From the NCBI GenBank assembly GCA_000934665.2, contig JYFJ02001629.1:1-64000 (forward strand): a DNA stretch of 64,000 nucleotides. The letters are read 5' to 3'. The translations under genes were made by a program, and so were the position numbers. Source of the stretch: Catajapyx aquilonaris. Taxonomy: Eukaryota. This document shows positions 50,270 through 64,000 of the stretch, one piece after another. Positions within the stretch are counted from its first letter, which is position 1. Every line of letters begins with the position of its first letter. Below the pieces are notes generated by a model. That model was not told the origin of the DNA. It saw nothing but the letters and a program-made list of their open reading frames with translations, and made no database searches.

Positions 50270-53200
50270 ACTTTTTATCTAGACCCCCCTTTGCTTCATG
50301 ACAAGTAGCAGAAAATGGGTATTAATTTGGCAAGTGGGATCGTACTTATCATGCGAAAAATTTGCACATACAGCATATGGTACTTCTTTTTTACAACCGA
50401 AGGTTATAGTTTAGAAATTGAAGCGTCAGCTGGAAGCTCCAGGGCAGATGTGGCATAGAAAATGTAATGTGCATGGCCTTCTCGTGGCCTCCATCGATCA
50501 CCTCTTGTCTAGCCCCACTATTTTTTAATCCAAAAAAATTGAAAGAAAACTCTCGAGCTGGTTATCGCTTTTCATCCATCACAGGATAGAAACAATAGTG
50601 TTACCTGGAGGCCATAACTTTTTTTTGCATCTTTAGGTTTTTCAGGCCGGTTTTCATATCCAATGGCCAACGATGCGGATGATTTAAGTTCAGAATCGAA
50701 AATTTCTCCAGGTAACAATATGTTCCAGCAGGGAGTATTTCTGCGGGGAATAGAACTTGGAAGAGTTATGACTATTATCTTTCAAAAGAGATATCCTTCT
50801 CCAAACAGACTGACACATTTCCACCATTCAACAAGTGACAACAGCCCTCCTCCTTCAGTCGTTACGCCTTCCATCTTCCTCCTTTTGAAAGAGAAGAAGA
50901 AAAAAAAAACCATCGTGACAAAAAAAAAAGGATTTCGCTTCCACCACATTTTCTCGCCTATTCTTTTGTAAACAAGCAAATCCAAACTAACGACTTGGGC
51001 TGGGTTTAAATGCACCGCACTATACTGCATTCAATTGCGGCTCGACTCTTCACAAAGTTTGAAAACTATTTTTTATTTCAGCGACTATTAAGATGACAAG
51101 TGCAGCTGACGTCTTGAAACCACATCACTTGATGGGCTGTGTCTTGGAAAATAGTCATTACCAAAAGCAAGGTAATTGGCTAAGCGCATATATACTGAAG
51201 TTTGAAATGGATTAATTCGCTAACCTTGAAATTATTAACTGAGTTGAAAAAATTGTTTTACATAACAGTAACTGGAAAGTGACATAACGCGAAGTCATTG
51301 TTTGTACAGTCTGCTGCTTTTGTTTTGATGATCACGCTCATCGTGCTCATACAGGTTGCGCACTTCCTTTCACGTACGACATATTTTGTTAGAAACATAC
51401 TGTATAGGTTTCACAGGGATGTTCAGCCCAAATAGCAAAGAATTGTCCTTCATGTCACGTAGGGGGTGTTCGACAGACGGTAGTTTGAAACCTTTTAAAT
51501 AAATTCCAGGAATCCGCGGACCGAATACGTGATATTCCTGTCCGCTTTTGATCCATTCCTCAGTCTGTATATATACGCACATCTCTCATCCTCTCGTATA
51601 GCCTTGGTTCAGGGCACGAATTTACAAATCAACAGACATATCCCGGAGGTTTGAAGCGTTACTCAGCATTAGAGAGCTCTTGGAGAGAGAGTTTGACTAA
51701 AAAGGGATCTCCGGATTGGATCCTACTCTAGGCTGCTCTCGGGATAATCATAGTCATAACCTGGCTTTGTGGGGGTACCCGACTCATCTTGGATCACAAG
51801 TGCCTCCAGGGGGTTTCCCAAACTAATACGAGTCTATGCCAAAGAGACCTCCGAAATTTCCAGTTCGCTCCTCCGATCCACACCACTTTGGATCCTAATC
51901 ATTATTCGAGTCGATAATCAAATGATCGCTCCAAACACAGTTTGAGAGGGTCTTAAGTTGGAATGAATGGCAAGGAAAAGATGAGGATGAATTGCATTTT
52001 GGCGATCAGTGTTACTTAACATTTAAGTGGAATAATTGAGAGGGGATTTTCATTACTTTAAATTAAACTGGACATAGTGAAGATTGCCCTGATTTGGTCG
52101 AAAAAACCAGGGTCCAAATTACATGCTTCTTTAAAATACAAATGATTTATCTCGAGTCATACAGTTCATGTAACACGTGAAAGTGTACTTACTCATTAAA
52201 ATGTGAGGTAAGTTAAATCAGATTTTTCCATTTTAAAAAGCCAATGAATTTCACATTAAAGTAAAGGTAAAGTTGTAATATACATAAATGAGAGATGTAT
52301 GATTAACTTATATAAGATCAAAATGCACGCATATTTTAATAAATTCATTTAAAAAATTGTGCGATGAAGCAGTTAATTTTGGACACATTTTGAACTTAAG
52401 CAATGGTTTAATATTTCAAGGAGGATTATAGGAAAGCGTGACATCCTCACCCTGCAAATGTCCTTTTAACACTCTGCAAACGAAAAAGTAATTCGATGTT
52501 TGTAATTAAACTTTCAAGCACATCAGCAAATAATCCCAGCTTAACCTAGGAAACACTAAATTGAGCCAGACAACCAATGGATAAAGCATGCAATGTACGT
52601 GTGCGTGTGCTTTTAAAGCAGTGAGTACTGATTAGTGTCGCTGTGGAAAATATGGGCATAAATTTATTTAGACTCCCGCGCAAAATGTAAGTGCGAACAA
52701 TTTAGCAAATCCATAACAAGCAGAGCGTTATCCTTATCGAAGTTATTGTGCAGGCGTTTTAGAGGTTCCTGAAGTGTAACAGGTGTAAGGGCTTAGTGTT
52801 GCTGTCAGACTTGATGCATGGTGTTGCTGTAGGTGAACCACCAAGTCAAGCCAAGTTTATCCAACCTGCTTATCACTTAATGTGAAGGTGTAGTTTGGTC
52901 TGTACTGAGACATACGCAATGTACGATTAAAGTTAGACTCCCTTTTTAAAAAATAGCGCATCTTGAGTGATGCGTGGTTGGCAGACGGCGGGGCCCAAAT
53001 AGCATATAGTGCAGGCCAATCGGAGGCCTTTGAATTGGCGGGGGATGGGTCCAACCAACATCTAGCTAGTACTACACGCTAGTCGGGGTCTAGCCCTCCT
53101 CGGGGACAGACGTGCTTCAGACGACCTAAACATTTAAAGTCTAAACCAATCAGTGTGGAACTTAAAAAAAAAACACTCCAAACACGTGTTGTGAATCAGA

Positions 53201-56200
53201 GTGAAAGTGGGAAATACCCTCCCCTTGAAATGTTTTCTCTCTCTCTCTCAAAAAAAAATTATGTAACTGGGTCAATGCTACTTCAATCCAGATAATTAGT
53301 AAGAGTGTGCAGGTTTTTATTTTTCAAGTTAGCTTCCGACACGCACTGGTTACGTAACCTGAATCGGGTCTGTGTGTGTGTGACATCGCGTGTTGGTATC
53401 GCATATCTTAGCACACTTTGTGTTAAGGACAACCGGCTATGGATTGCCTTGACCTTACCTGAAATTATTGGAAGAATTTCCTAGGGAACAAACGTACGTT
53501 CAAAAACAAGGTAAGTACACGTGTGTTTTCACTAAAGCAGTTTTAGCATATTGCACATAATTTAGGGCAATTATGATTAGCAATTTAGCAAATAATATGA
53601 TAAGAATCGGGTCGATATGCCCCACATTAGGCAGCTATAAATTCTCGCAGGCCAGACACACTCGTTAGCTTAAAGGACAAGGTCAGAGTCTCGCCATTTG
53701 TTCCGCCAATTTTTTTTATGCACGCACCTCGGGAGATGACTTGGCAAAATATTAAGCCGGACGATTTAGTAACTTGGTTTTGAGAGAGGGGCTATTACCA
53801 CAGGAGCAAACTGTACCAGTGCAATAACACCGCTCAAATTATCCGTGTGCAAATATTGCTTTAACGGGCGGTTGTCTGCGGCTAGCCAATGCTGATATCA
53901 GGATGCGCAATTAAACATTTTATTTGCGATTAATGTACTGAATTTTTGGTTGGAAAAATCTATACGAAACGTCAAGTCCGATATATTGCTGAATAACTTG
54001 TAAATTAAACTAAATATTGCACGAATTTTATTTAATCAATTAGCCACCAACGTTCATTGACTTTTTAAGAGGAGGACTTTGCTGTTAAAAACCCCGCACC
54101 TGCTATATTATTTCATCAGTCAACCTCAGAAACTCCTTGAGGATATAATCCGCCAGTGCCACTCCTTCATCATAAACTTTCATAAGTGACAAACTCAGTC
54201 GGGGGAAGAGAATCCCACGTGACTTATTAGCTGTCATCCTCAAGCACATTTCGCGACAACAACATATTTCGCGCCTCTCGCTACCTTGACCCTTAAGTAT
54301 TGAACCCAATCTGCTCAGGTTTAACTGATTTATTACGCTGGAAATAACAGACGCAATCAGTCCATTTATTTAAGTAATCAGTTATTTGTTAGTAGCAAAA
54401 TATTCGTCACTGCCTGTTGCCCAGTGTCTTATGAGTAAATGAATAAAAACCCTGACCACAAAACGTAGCCTTGAACTTAATCACCAGGTCCTATGTGATA
54501 TCCTGTGTCACATAAAAAATTCTCAGAAGCAACTCGAACCCTATCTTTTATTTTTTTTTACACGCGGAGTATACTCATCCCATGAAAACGAAACCAGGAA
54601 CATGAGAGTGAACCGAACACCTCAGGAATACACTATTACGATCCGTATTCAGTTCATGTCTCGGCCAATCCTGCTGCTGTCTATGGCTGCCCAATGCGCT
54701 ATAAAATATTCACTAAAATTAATTCATATGAAGCTATTTTGATATTGATCACAGTTATTTTTTTTCTGAACGGCTAGTTGCGTCAAAAATCGCTGTTTTA
54801 ACTCGACCTCTTGTACTATACGTGACTTTGACTCCGCTTGTTCCGCAGACAAAGTGGCGGAACTAAATCGGGTTACGTACGCCCCTGTGCAAGTTCGGGA
54901 TTGCGTGTCATTGGTGATTTATCCATATGCGGAGCCAAATGTAACCCTAGCATTTAATCAAGATTATGGCTTCCCCCCCAAAATCCTCTCAATTTGCGGC
55001 GCAAATTGACCCCGCCAGCTTGGGTCTGAAATAATTTCTCGGGAGATGAAAAATTAATCCGGTGGTTGATGCAATTGTCCTGTATATTAGCAACCAGATC
55101 CAGTTCTAAAATGGAAGGGGATTAAAATTATTCTGCAAAAAAGTTCGCAGCTGCGGTTCAAATACTGAACTTCACAAACTGACTAGATAACTTTTGAATG
55201 TAATATACAGCTGTTCATATATTTTCTCGGAGCAATATCACAAGATTTATGCTCTTTGGCACAATCAGTTCCATATATTTTCCTGAGATAATATTTTCGG
55301 GCCTGGTAGGAAATATATGCAGAAACAAAGCGACACTTTGCGAATTCTGATTTTAGCAACCCAACATCTGCTTTTGACAAAAGGGTCCAGTTTCGAGACC
55401 AGGACTCCGGTAAATTCAGGGCATTGCGATAATGGTGATGGCTGCCTGGAGTAACAAAAGGCAGAAAGGCAGTGTGTGTAATAATAATGGCCATTGTGAC
55501 CATTGCTATGCAGAATGGTCCAGGATGCTTCTGCTGCTGCGTCTCGAAACATGTCATTTGCATCGGGGATGTACCCAACTGTTTCAATTCAGACCCACGC
55601 TTGAAGGGTAACACTCGACTCGACTCGGATTATAATTTTAGCATAATTGCACTTTAACTAGTTGCAAATGAAACGAGTAATGGGAGTAACCCTGCCGATA
55701 AGGTGTCACATGCATGCGTCATTGCTGCTGTGTATTGACTAATACCAGAGAGTGCTCGTCTTCTATAATAAATTCAACACTTTTTTTTACGGCTGGTATA
55801 CACAGAGGTGTCATATTATATCTTAAAGAGTGAATTAGATGTGTAAAAAAAAGTTACAATCGTGGAGAGGTCGCAACCTTCACGTTTACAGAATACTAAG
55901 GGGTGAAAAAGTGTGGTTGTAAAAACCTGACGTTGGAAAAAGCACAGGATCTCCCCAGCAGTACCGGTAAAACTTCCTTTTAACGATTCCGTTTGAGCAT
56001 CAGTCTATTTCTAGTTTGCCATTTCGGACTCGGGTTTTACGGCGTCCGTCAACATCAGGTCGGCGATAAATTTTCTCATTTTTTCCCCCCCTCACTTTCT
56101 CATGTCTTCTTTTTTTTCCATTGTCACTTCCGTACAATATGTTCAACAGATTTGGTGGGCTTGATGGCCGCTTCAAAACTACGTCTGTTTCCAACCCCAG

Positions 56201-59200
56201 AAAATGATACAATGCGCAAGTTAAACCTGGATTAAACCGATTTACGCAGCTATATGTATAGTCTTGGAATTACTATAAGCTGCGTCAGATGGAAGCGCAC
56301 ACGGTTATGCACGTAAATCTAGTTAATGATTTTATAATTTATTTATGTGGAAACATGAAGCAGAAAACCAGTGCAACGTCCTATATTTCAAACTTCCGCC
56401 AGTTCCCTGAACTGACGTTGTATTTGTTTTGCTTAAAGTCTGCGATGTGGCGCGTAAATTTGGAGGAACCAGCAAAAAAAAAATGGAGGTTGGCTGAACA
56501 CACTGTAAGTTATAGTACACCAAAAGAGGGTCTTATCGGCGTATGCATTGCAGCGTCGAGTCGTTTCCAGCCGAGCATGAGCTGGTGGGTAACAAGCATG
56601 TTTTTCCACCCCTCAGTGAGGGTGTATAGTACACATAATAATAGTGCACTGCTTGCCGAGGCTTGGAAAACCTCAAGGCACAAAATGTTTACAGGCGTGT
56701 TCTACAGTGCAGACCATGATGCTGCTTACAACCATACATAATGCAGGGTCGTAAATGAAAACGCTCAAAGGTGTAAAGCTAACAGTTTTGCAAGCTAATA
56801 ACCTGCTTTATTATATGAGGTAAAGTGATTGTTGGGACCTACAGTACTAACTAAATTAAAATGCTATTCAAATGTTCAGTTGGAACTTTCTGCTAATTTG
56901 TAAAAAAAAAGTCTGATGAAAATGTCAGCATACCGCAAAAAAATGTGGCGTAATATGCAAAGTGACGCACATTTTTATTTCATAAAGCAAACAGAGCAGG
57001 AAGATGTAACGTGATGTCGGACACGAACGTGACCTGCCACATACACACAGCAGTATCGTGCCAAATGCTATGGTTTTATACAGGATGTTTCATAACCAAC
57101 TTTAGTCTGCTTAATAATTATGGGACACTCTGTACCATGATGTGGACAGGAAGCACCTGTCCCCCTGAACGCTCGAGTGGCTTCGAAGTTCCCCTTGACC
57201 AGAAAACCGTCCCATTTTGGGAGCCACGCTGAAGGCTTGACCACTTAGCAGGAAACCGAGTTAACATTCTGTCCTCTCCAAGTCCTAGGGATTTTTGCAT
57301 AAGTCTGACCCATCATCATCCCGTCTCCCAATTTCACTTCCAGGGCAGGTAACCAGCATTCATTTGATCCTTGATGAGACACGCATGCAGCGCAGACCAA
57401 CTCGACCAATCCTTATCGGGCTCAGCTCTCCACATTTAGTCTAGTTACGAGCTAAACTCTGAATTGTAATAAATTATTCATACTATAGTTACTCTTATGA
57501 AATTTTGAACTTTAAAAAAAGAATTTAAAGAAACTACGGTAAGGCAATAGGTGAATAAATCCATGTCATTCACGGTAGTGAGCCTGCCGTGCTTTATTGC
57601 ACTCTTTGATTGAAAAAAAACCCCTCCCGATTTATTAGGGCTTCTAATTAGCGGATCTAATTGGAGCCCTCCTCTTAGCGCAATGAAGCCAGATTTTCCA
57701 GGGGTAATCGACTCACGTCACTCGGATGGCTCTTAAAAGCCATTTTCTTTTCGCCTTCAGGAGAGCAGAAAGAATTAGTCCAATCCCCTCTCTGCACAAT
57801 CGCATCTCTACTATAATAGGCCCCTAGAGGCTATTACATGTCAGATAGTATGCCAAAAAAAAACATCGCAGATTTTGTCGAGGACCTACCTTGCATAAGT
57901 TGGCATTGGCGATCAAGGTTTTCTTACATGTCCACTATATTGGCCCACCTCCAGGTTTTCGGATCCTAAAATTAAAACTCGTCCCATGTCTATATAATTT
58001 TCCTCCAACTAACGGATTGATATAGACGGACGTGTACACTGCGTCACTGGCATTGTGCCCTATGGTGTGTAAGTACATCAGTATACAGAGCGAAGTTTTG
58101 CACAAAAAAAGGCATCATGTGACTTCCTTCCGGAATCGTCTTATAGTACTTGCCAAAATGTTGCTGGCGGGCTAAGATTAGAGTTGAGTTAAGATTTGGG
58201 GCAAGGGCAAACATGCTTTGAGATTACTACCAACTGGCCCGGATCCACCCAAATCTATTGTCCAGAGAGACATTTTTACAAATAGCTGGAAAATAAATAA
58301 AGAAAAAGCAACTAACGAGTGGGAGTGTACCGGTGCATGGCAGACAGCAGAAAAGTGGTTGCGGTTCCACTGCATTACGATATTTCAGGGCGATACAATC
58401 TGAATGGGAGCCATTTTGTTGGCTGGAGCAACTAACGCGAGAAAACACACGCTAGCACAGAGAGAACAAAACTGGCACAACATGAGAAAACTACTGCAGT
58501 GAGTTGATCTCATGGAAGCAGACAGTTATGCTGCTGTTTTTTGAAAAATAAAAAAATTCAACAACAGAGTGAAGACGGTAATTTTTTAACACACATAAAA
58601 GGCGGCTTAGATATCCATTTTAACGACGGGAAGAGCAGGTGAAGTACTGTTGGTTTCAGAGTACCACGCAAGCTATATAGCTGTCGTTAAACCAAGTTAT
58701 ATCATCTCCTGCTCAAATTGCTATCCAGCAGTTTACGACTGAATTAATTTATTTTCCAGCACATGATAGGCTTCCTCCCGTGAGCGAAAAACTATATAGT
58801 AAACAAGGCTTCATATATTGAAGGCTTCATATTATGTACAGGGTGGTTCACTATTTCTTCGAGCAACCAGAGCTTGAGATACAAACAATAATAACCTGAG
58901 TGAAAGCTGGCTGGATGCATTATCATAAATTAGATTTTATATGCTAGTTCTTCTCAGCGTGACAAATATTTTCATGCGGGTTTTTATATTTAAAAATTCA
59001 GTATGGCTTGGAAAACACTTCAAGAGATTGTGATGTAATTGCGAGTGCTTGGCAAACAGAAGAAAAATGACAAAAGCCTGTGCTTCAAAGAAAAAATAAT
59101 AGCATAATTGGAAGAAACGTTTCATTTATCATTCTCTCTAAAAGTGGTACTCGCGTTGTGCTGACCTTTTGAAAAATAATTTTAAGCCGGATTACTCAAG

Positions 59201-62200
59201 AACTTGCTGGGTTTTGCCCATCAGCGCACTGGAAGTCTACAGATGCCACATTTATTTATTTTTTTAAATCAGGTTTTTGGAGCGAACATTCCAAAACTTT
59301 TACCAATTGAAGTAGTACATCACCCTGTTCATGACACCATTTGTCCCTGGCTGCACATCTAATTGAAAAGAGGTCCCCTTGGTGCCCCCCGATCCGGCAA
59401 TATAATTGAGCCTCTCGTTTAACTACCGTGATGCGATCAGTGTCAGATTAAAAGTGAGAGATTTGTTGGCACCACCAATGGAGACAGCACTATTTTTCGG
59501 GTGACATTCGGCCACCAAAAACGGTTTCAGATGTAATTGCGCGGATATTTTTGCCTCGAAACTAATGACTGGGAAATTACTACCATATCCAGTCGTCAGC
59601 ATCTATTCACACTTAGTTTAGGCATGAAAACCGAGTCTATCGATCCCCTGGGGGGTTTTCCGCGGAGCAGAGATTTCCTTTTTTTTTACGGGTTGTGGGC
59701 ATTCCCCTGGATTGGCCCGATCTAATTACCGCCCATTTGAATTACGGAAACGCCGGTGGAAAGACACCGCTCGTCTGTTTTGGCCCGTGTAAATGGGCCT
59801 ATTTTTGCTGTTCCCTTGCTGGAAGCGGTTTCAAACCTGAGACAGCACAGCACAATTTAAAAACATAATGTGGTTTCATGACAGAAAATCCCAGACCAGT
59901 TTTGTTCATCCCGACACAAATAACAATCTCACGCAATGTTTTGACGAAAATGTAATGTTTCTGTTGCTGGCTAAAACAGCGTAACAATGTAAACAGAAGG
60001 CTGGTTGTTCACACGGGAACAAATTGGGCACAAAGCAGGACGAAACATCCTGGAACATATTATACAATATACAAGTAATTAACGCAATTTTGTCAGAAAA
60101 AACTATGCACTTATCCGCCAGAAATTTTTGACATAATATCTGCGTAATATAAAATTAAAGCCCTTAATTTTATGTTTTTGGCGACGCACGGATACTCCGC
60201 ACCAGGATAATCGGGAGTACAGTGTTCCATTTTTATTATGTTCTTAAGGATTCATTAATTTTATTGTGTTGTTAAAAATTCATCGACTTTCTTATTATAA
60301 GAGAGTGGAAATGATTAAGAGCCGAAGTGCCAGAATCTCACACTAAAATTATTACCACGTGAATATGAATATTTATGTGGCAGTTATGGATGCCCATATC
60401 CATTACAGGCGACAAAATTAATGTGTTAATTAATTAGTGCATAATCTTTAAAAAAAGATATATTTTTTGCCACTTAGGCCCTTTATCATTTCCACTCTTC
60501 AGATTTTGGACATTCGAGTCATCAAGATGATCCAAAAAAACTGACGCCTGTCTGACAAAAGCACTTTCTTTCACGTACTCGCAGCATCCCAAATTTGTTA
60601 TGATCTCCAGGAAGAGCGTGTCAAGCTTCAGTACAGTCCATATATATTATATATATATTTTTTGCGTGTGTATGATGCCATGGTTCCTTTTTTTTTGGGG
60701 GGGGGGGTTCCAAAGAGGCGGTAGAGATGCAGTGCACCCCGCCGAGCAAATCCATTTACGCTAGCAAAAATCCAATCCTTTCCCTCCAGGACACAAAAGC
60801 TTGCTTTCCATACTTCCCTCCCCATTGAAATCCCAGGTTCTCTTGTCCACTCGCCAAAAAAGAACTCCATGCCTTCGCACTCCAGGATTTTTGTGGCCCG
60901 TAGAAGAGGATAGATAATAGCAAGGAGAGAGAAAAAAAATGGAGAAGCCACTGAAAAGAGGACCACTCTATATAGTAGGTAGAGAGAGAGCACACACAAT
61001 ATGATGGGTTAAAAATTAACTGGCAGCTGTCAGAACATGGCTCACGTAATTAGAGGAATTAACACAGGTTTTTCGCATAAGTGCATGTGATCAAAATGCC
61101 CCCTTTTTGCAAGGCCGTTTGAATATTTTCGACGCCCGGAAATGAGTTTTGTCATAACGCAGTTTACTTGGATTAAACCACTTGGATGATTACAGGTATT
61201 ACGCCCCCGTCAAGTTCATTTGTTTTCGAAATTTTGTTTTCGACATGTTGTGCAGCTGCAGTGTCTGGGAAATTCGGTATCATACTTAATATTTTGTATA
61301 CAGTATATATAAAAAAGAGTATCCTTCCTTATGATAACAGCTCCAAAAATGGATTTGACAAATCGCGAAGCTTAAACCAACAACATGATTTTTTCCTTAG
61401 GGGAAAACCACAAGTTTTTGAGCCCAGCAAATCCTGTCAAAAGCATAGACATTATAAGACTGGCATCCTGGAAGTCAAAGCTCTTAAGCTCTCAATCCTA
61501 TTACGATTCCGGGTATTTTTTAAAATTCACTCTTCCGGTCCGGTCGACACGCTTTTGCCATTTTCCTAACTGCCTAAACTGTAGTTAGTGGATTAACCCA
61601 AGTTTCTCAAGCAGCATCACGCTCACTAACGGACACATTGTGTAGCCAACTTCTTCTGCACATTTTTTTTTCCTTTCCAAAAGTTTCCGCCAATCGTTGG
61701 GTGTTCGTGAAGTGACGAGCATGTCGCTGCTAGTTACGTTTGCTTCACCGAACAGATGTAGTTCTCAGCTTGTCAACAACACTTTTTTTTCGTTTTTAGC
61801 AGAAAAAACCAGTGCGTGCCAAGAAAAGCGTTGAAGAAAAAAAAATTTAACTGGCGAACACATGTCACTTCCAGACAACCAACGAAGCGAACCGCGATTA
61901 TTTTTTAAGGCCAAAAGTGACCGGATAAATCGCAGCTATAAGGCAGAAAAATAGCAGTTTTTTCACAGGAATAGCATTTCTCGTTCAATTCAATGTAACA
62001 ATGCGTTCTGAAAATTCAATTTCTTTTGCTAGTTGCACAGAAACGAATTCAACTCTGGTCATTAAGATTTCCGGAGTTGACTGACCTCGTCGTGTTAATC
62101 GTGCAAATTCTTTTTTTTTTTGCCAAATAGAGTAGGTCAGTGTTGGCGTGTTTAACAGCAGTTTGCGCTGGTTAATTTTTGCGCGGAAATGGAGCAGACA

Positions 62201-63602
62201 AGCTTATTTGTTTAGCTGGGCTCAGTTTGTGTAAAGTGTTCATAAAACGCTGGGAAACATTCGCTAACTATTTCACTAAAAGTGGATCAAATTATTATCG
62301 AGTGTACTGCCTGTAAAGTGTGATTAAACTAATTAAAATATCAGAGTAGAGTCAGGGTTTGTCCGAAAACTTTTTGATGTGCAGTATACAGTCGTAATTG
62401 TTGACTCTCACGTCTCGAGTTACACAAGAGTAATTTCACACGTTCTCGAGCAATTATTTCCATCCGGAAATCTATATTTTCTTGAAACCTTTGGCGTCAT
62501 CAGAAAGTTGGCCGAAAAGTCGGGCATTTTCAAAGTCAGCAAAAGAACGCAAACTTCTCTCGGGATGTATGCAAAGCGAATTCTTGATGTTTAACTTTGG
62601 CGTTTGAGACCCTTTGGTGCGAATTAGAAACTCAGAACCCATTTTTCACTTTTTTCCCCCCGTTTTTGTCTGAATAAGGTTCAGCTGTGCGTTTCAAGCC
62701 AGATCTTGCGTACACACACTGAACAAACCGAGTGGAGGCAACGAAACTTCAATATTCATTGCAGTCAATTGTTGTGTTAGTTACACACGAGAGCGAGAGA
62801 GCCCCCTATTTACCCAGCAGCATCCCCGGAATTTCATCATAGAAATGCCAAAAAAAAATGACGCCCGACCAATAAATATTTGTCCTTCGCATATAAATTC
62901 TGCGCACCTATAACACACAGAATGTTGGCAATAAAATCGCAAATTTCCTCCATCCAGAAGCCTTGTGGGGTTCAAAAGGCTGCAGTACAATAAGCTTGAA
63001 TATTCGATACCTAATTTGAGCAAGATTAATCAGTATGATCTGCCACAAAAGGCGATCGCTTTGATTGTTCATTAAATAGGAATTACTGGAAATCTAAAAG
63101 CTCATTTGATCGTACATAATCGACCATAATAATCCAGATATTTTATTGGGGCAACAGTACTGCGACAATTCGCACTTATTCTCGACAATAAACTATGCAA
63201 CATTTGGTCCATTGTTACAAAATAATTGTTGAATCAGTGGTACTGCCCAATATTTATTATTTTTTTTTTTTAAAAAAAAAGAGCAGCTAATTTTTAAACG
63301 AACGCTATCGAGTTCGCACCACAGTTCGCGCAACGTGCGCCGTTGGCATTACCAACTCACTGCACTTTTATTTCCAACGCTACGCTTGGGAAGGGGAACA
63401 AAATGGGCGACGTTTACGACGTTGCCAAGGCTCTGGAACGAACCTCAGAGGCTACAGGTGCGAATTTTGCCCCTGAGGAGTAAACTCTGGCAACACTGTT
63501 GTCGCAACAGAATGGAGCTGCGCGAGTGTGGGTGCGCACTCGGTTGCGCTCGTAAACAAATTCATATTCATCCTACATAATATCTGATCTCTGCAGGTAT
63601 GA

Positions 63603-64000
<398 letters not shown>

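Noticed and set aside
50300..63500. Many 60-150 aa ORFs between sev and mGluR, and likewise in sev intron 1
   Set aside because: Low-complexity, poly-A/T-derived translations with no family motifs or consistent exon structure; no nested gene could be supported.
63335..63580. 81-aa ORF just upstream of the mGluR exon
   Set aside because: It starts at GTG, stops before the acceptor and has no similarity to class C GPCRs; treated as intronic.

Overview
Eukaryotic (arthropod) genomic DNA with spliceosomal GT-AG introns; the species cannot be determined. Five protein-coding genes were reconstructed by hand from splice sites and reading phase. (1) The 5' end of a small secreted protein gene runs off the left edge (-). 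(2) A complete 5-exon RR-2 cuticular protein gene of 291 aa (-). (3) A strongly diverged dual oxidase maturation factor (DUOXA/NIP/moladietz-like) gene at about 9.7-12.7 kb (-), fragmented across several ORF-track entries, whose N-terminal exon(s) are unresolved. (4) A complete 33-exon sevenless/ROS1 receptor tyrosine kinase (+, about 2,550 aa), with two alternative signal-peptide first exons and a candidate cassette exon in the cytoplasmic tail. (5) The first coding exon of a group I (mGluR1/5-type) metabotropic glutamate receptor runs off the right edge (+) and is absent from the ORF track. Non-coding DNA contains several MITEs (one nested in another), a perfect 58-bp palindrome and two minisatellites. 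There are no prokaryotic features, CRISPR arrays or recognisable RNA genes. Family assignments come from recalled motifs, not database searches.
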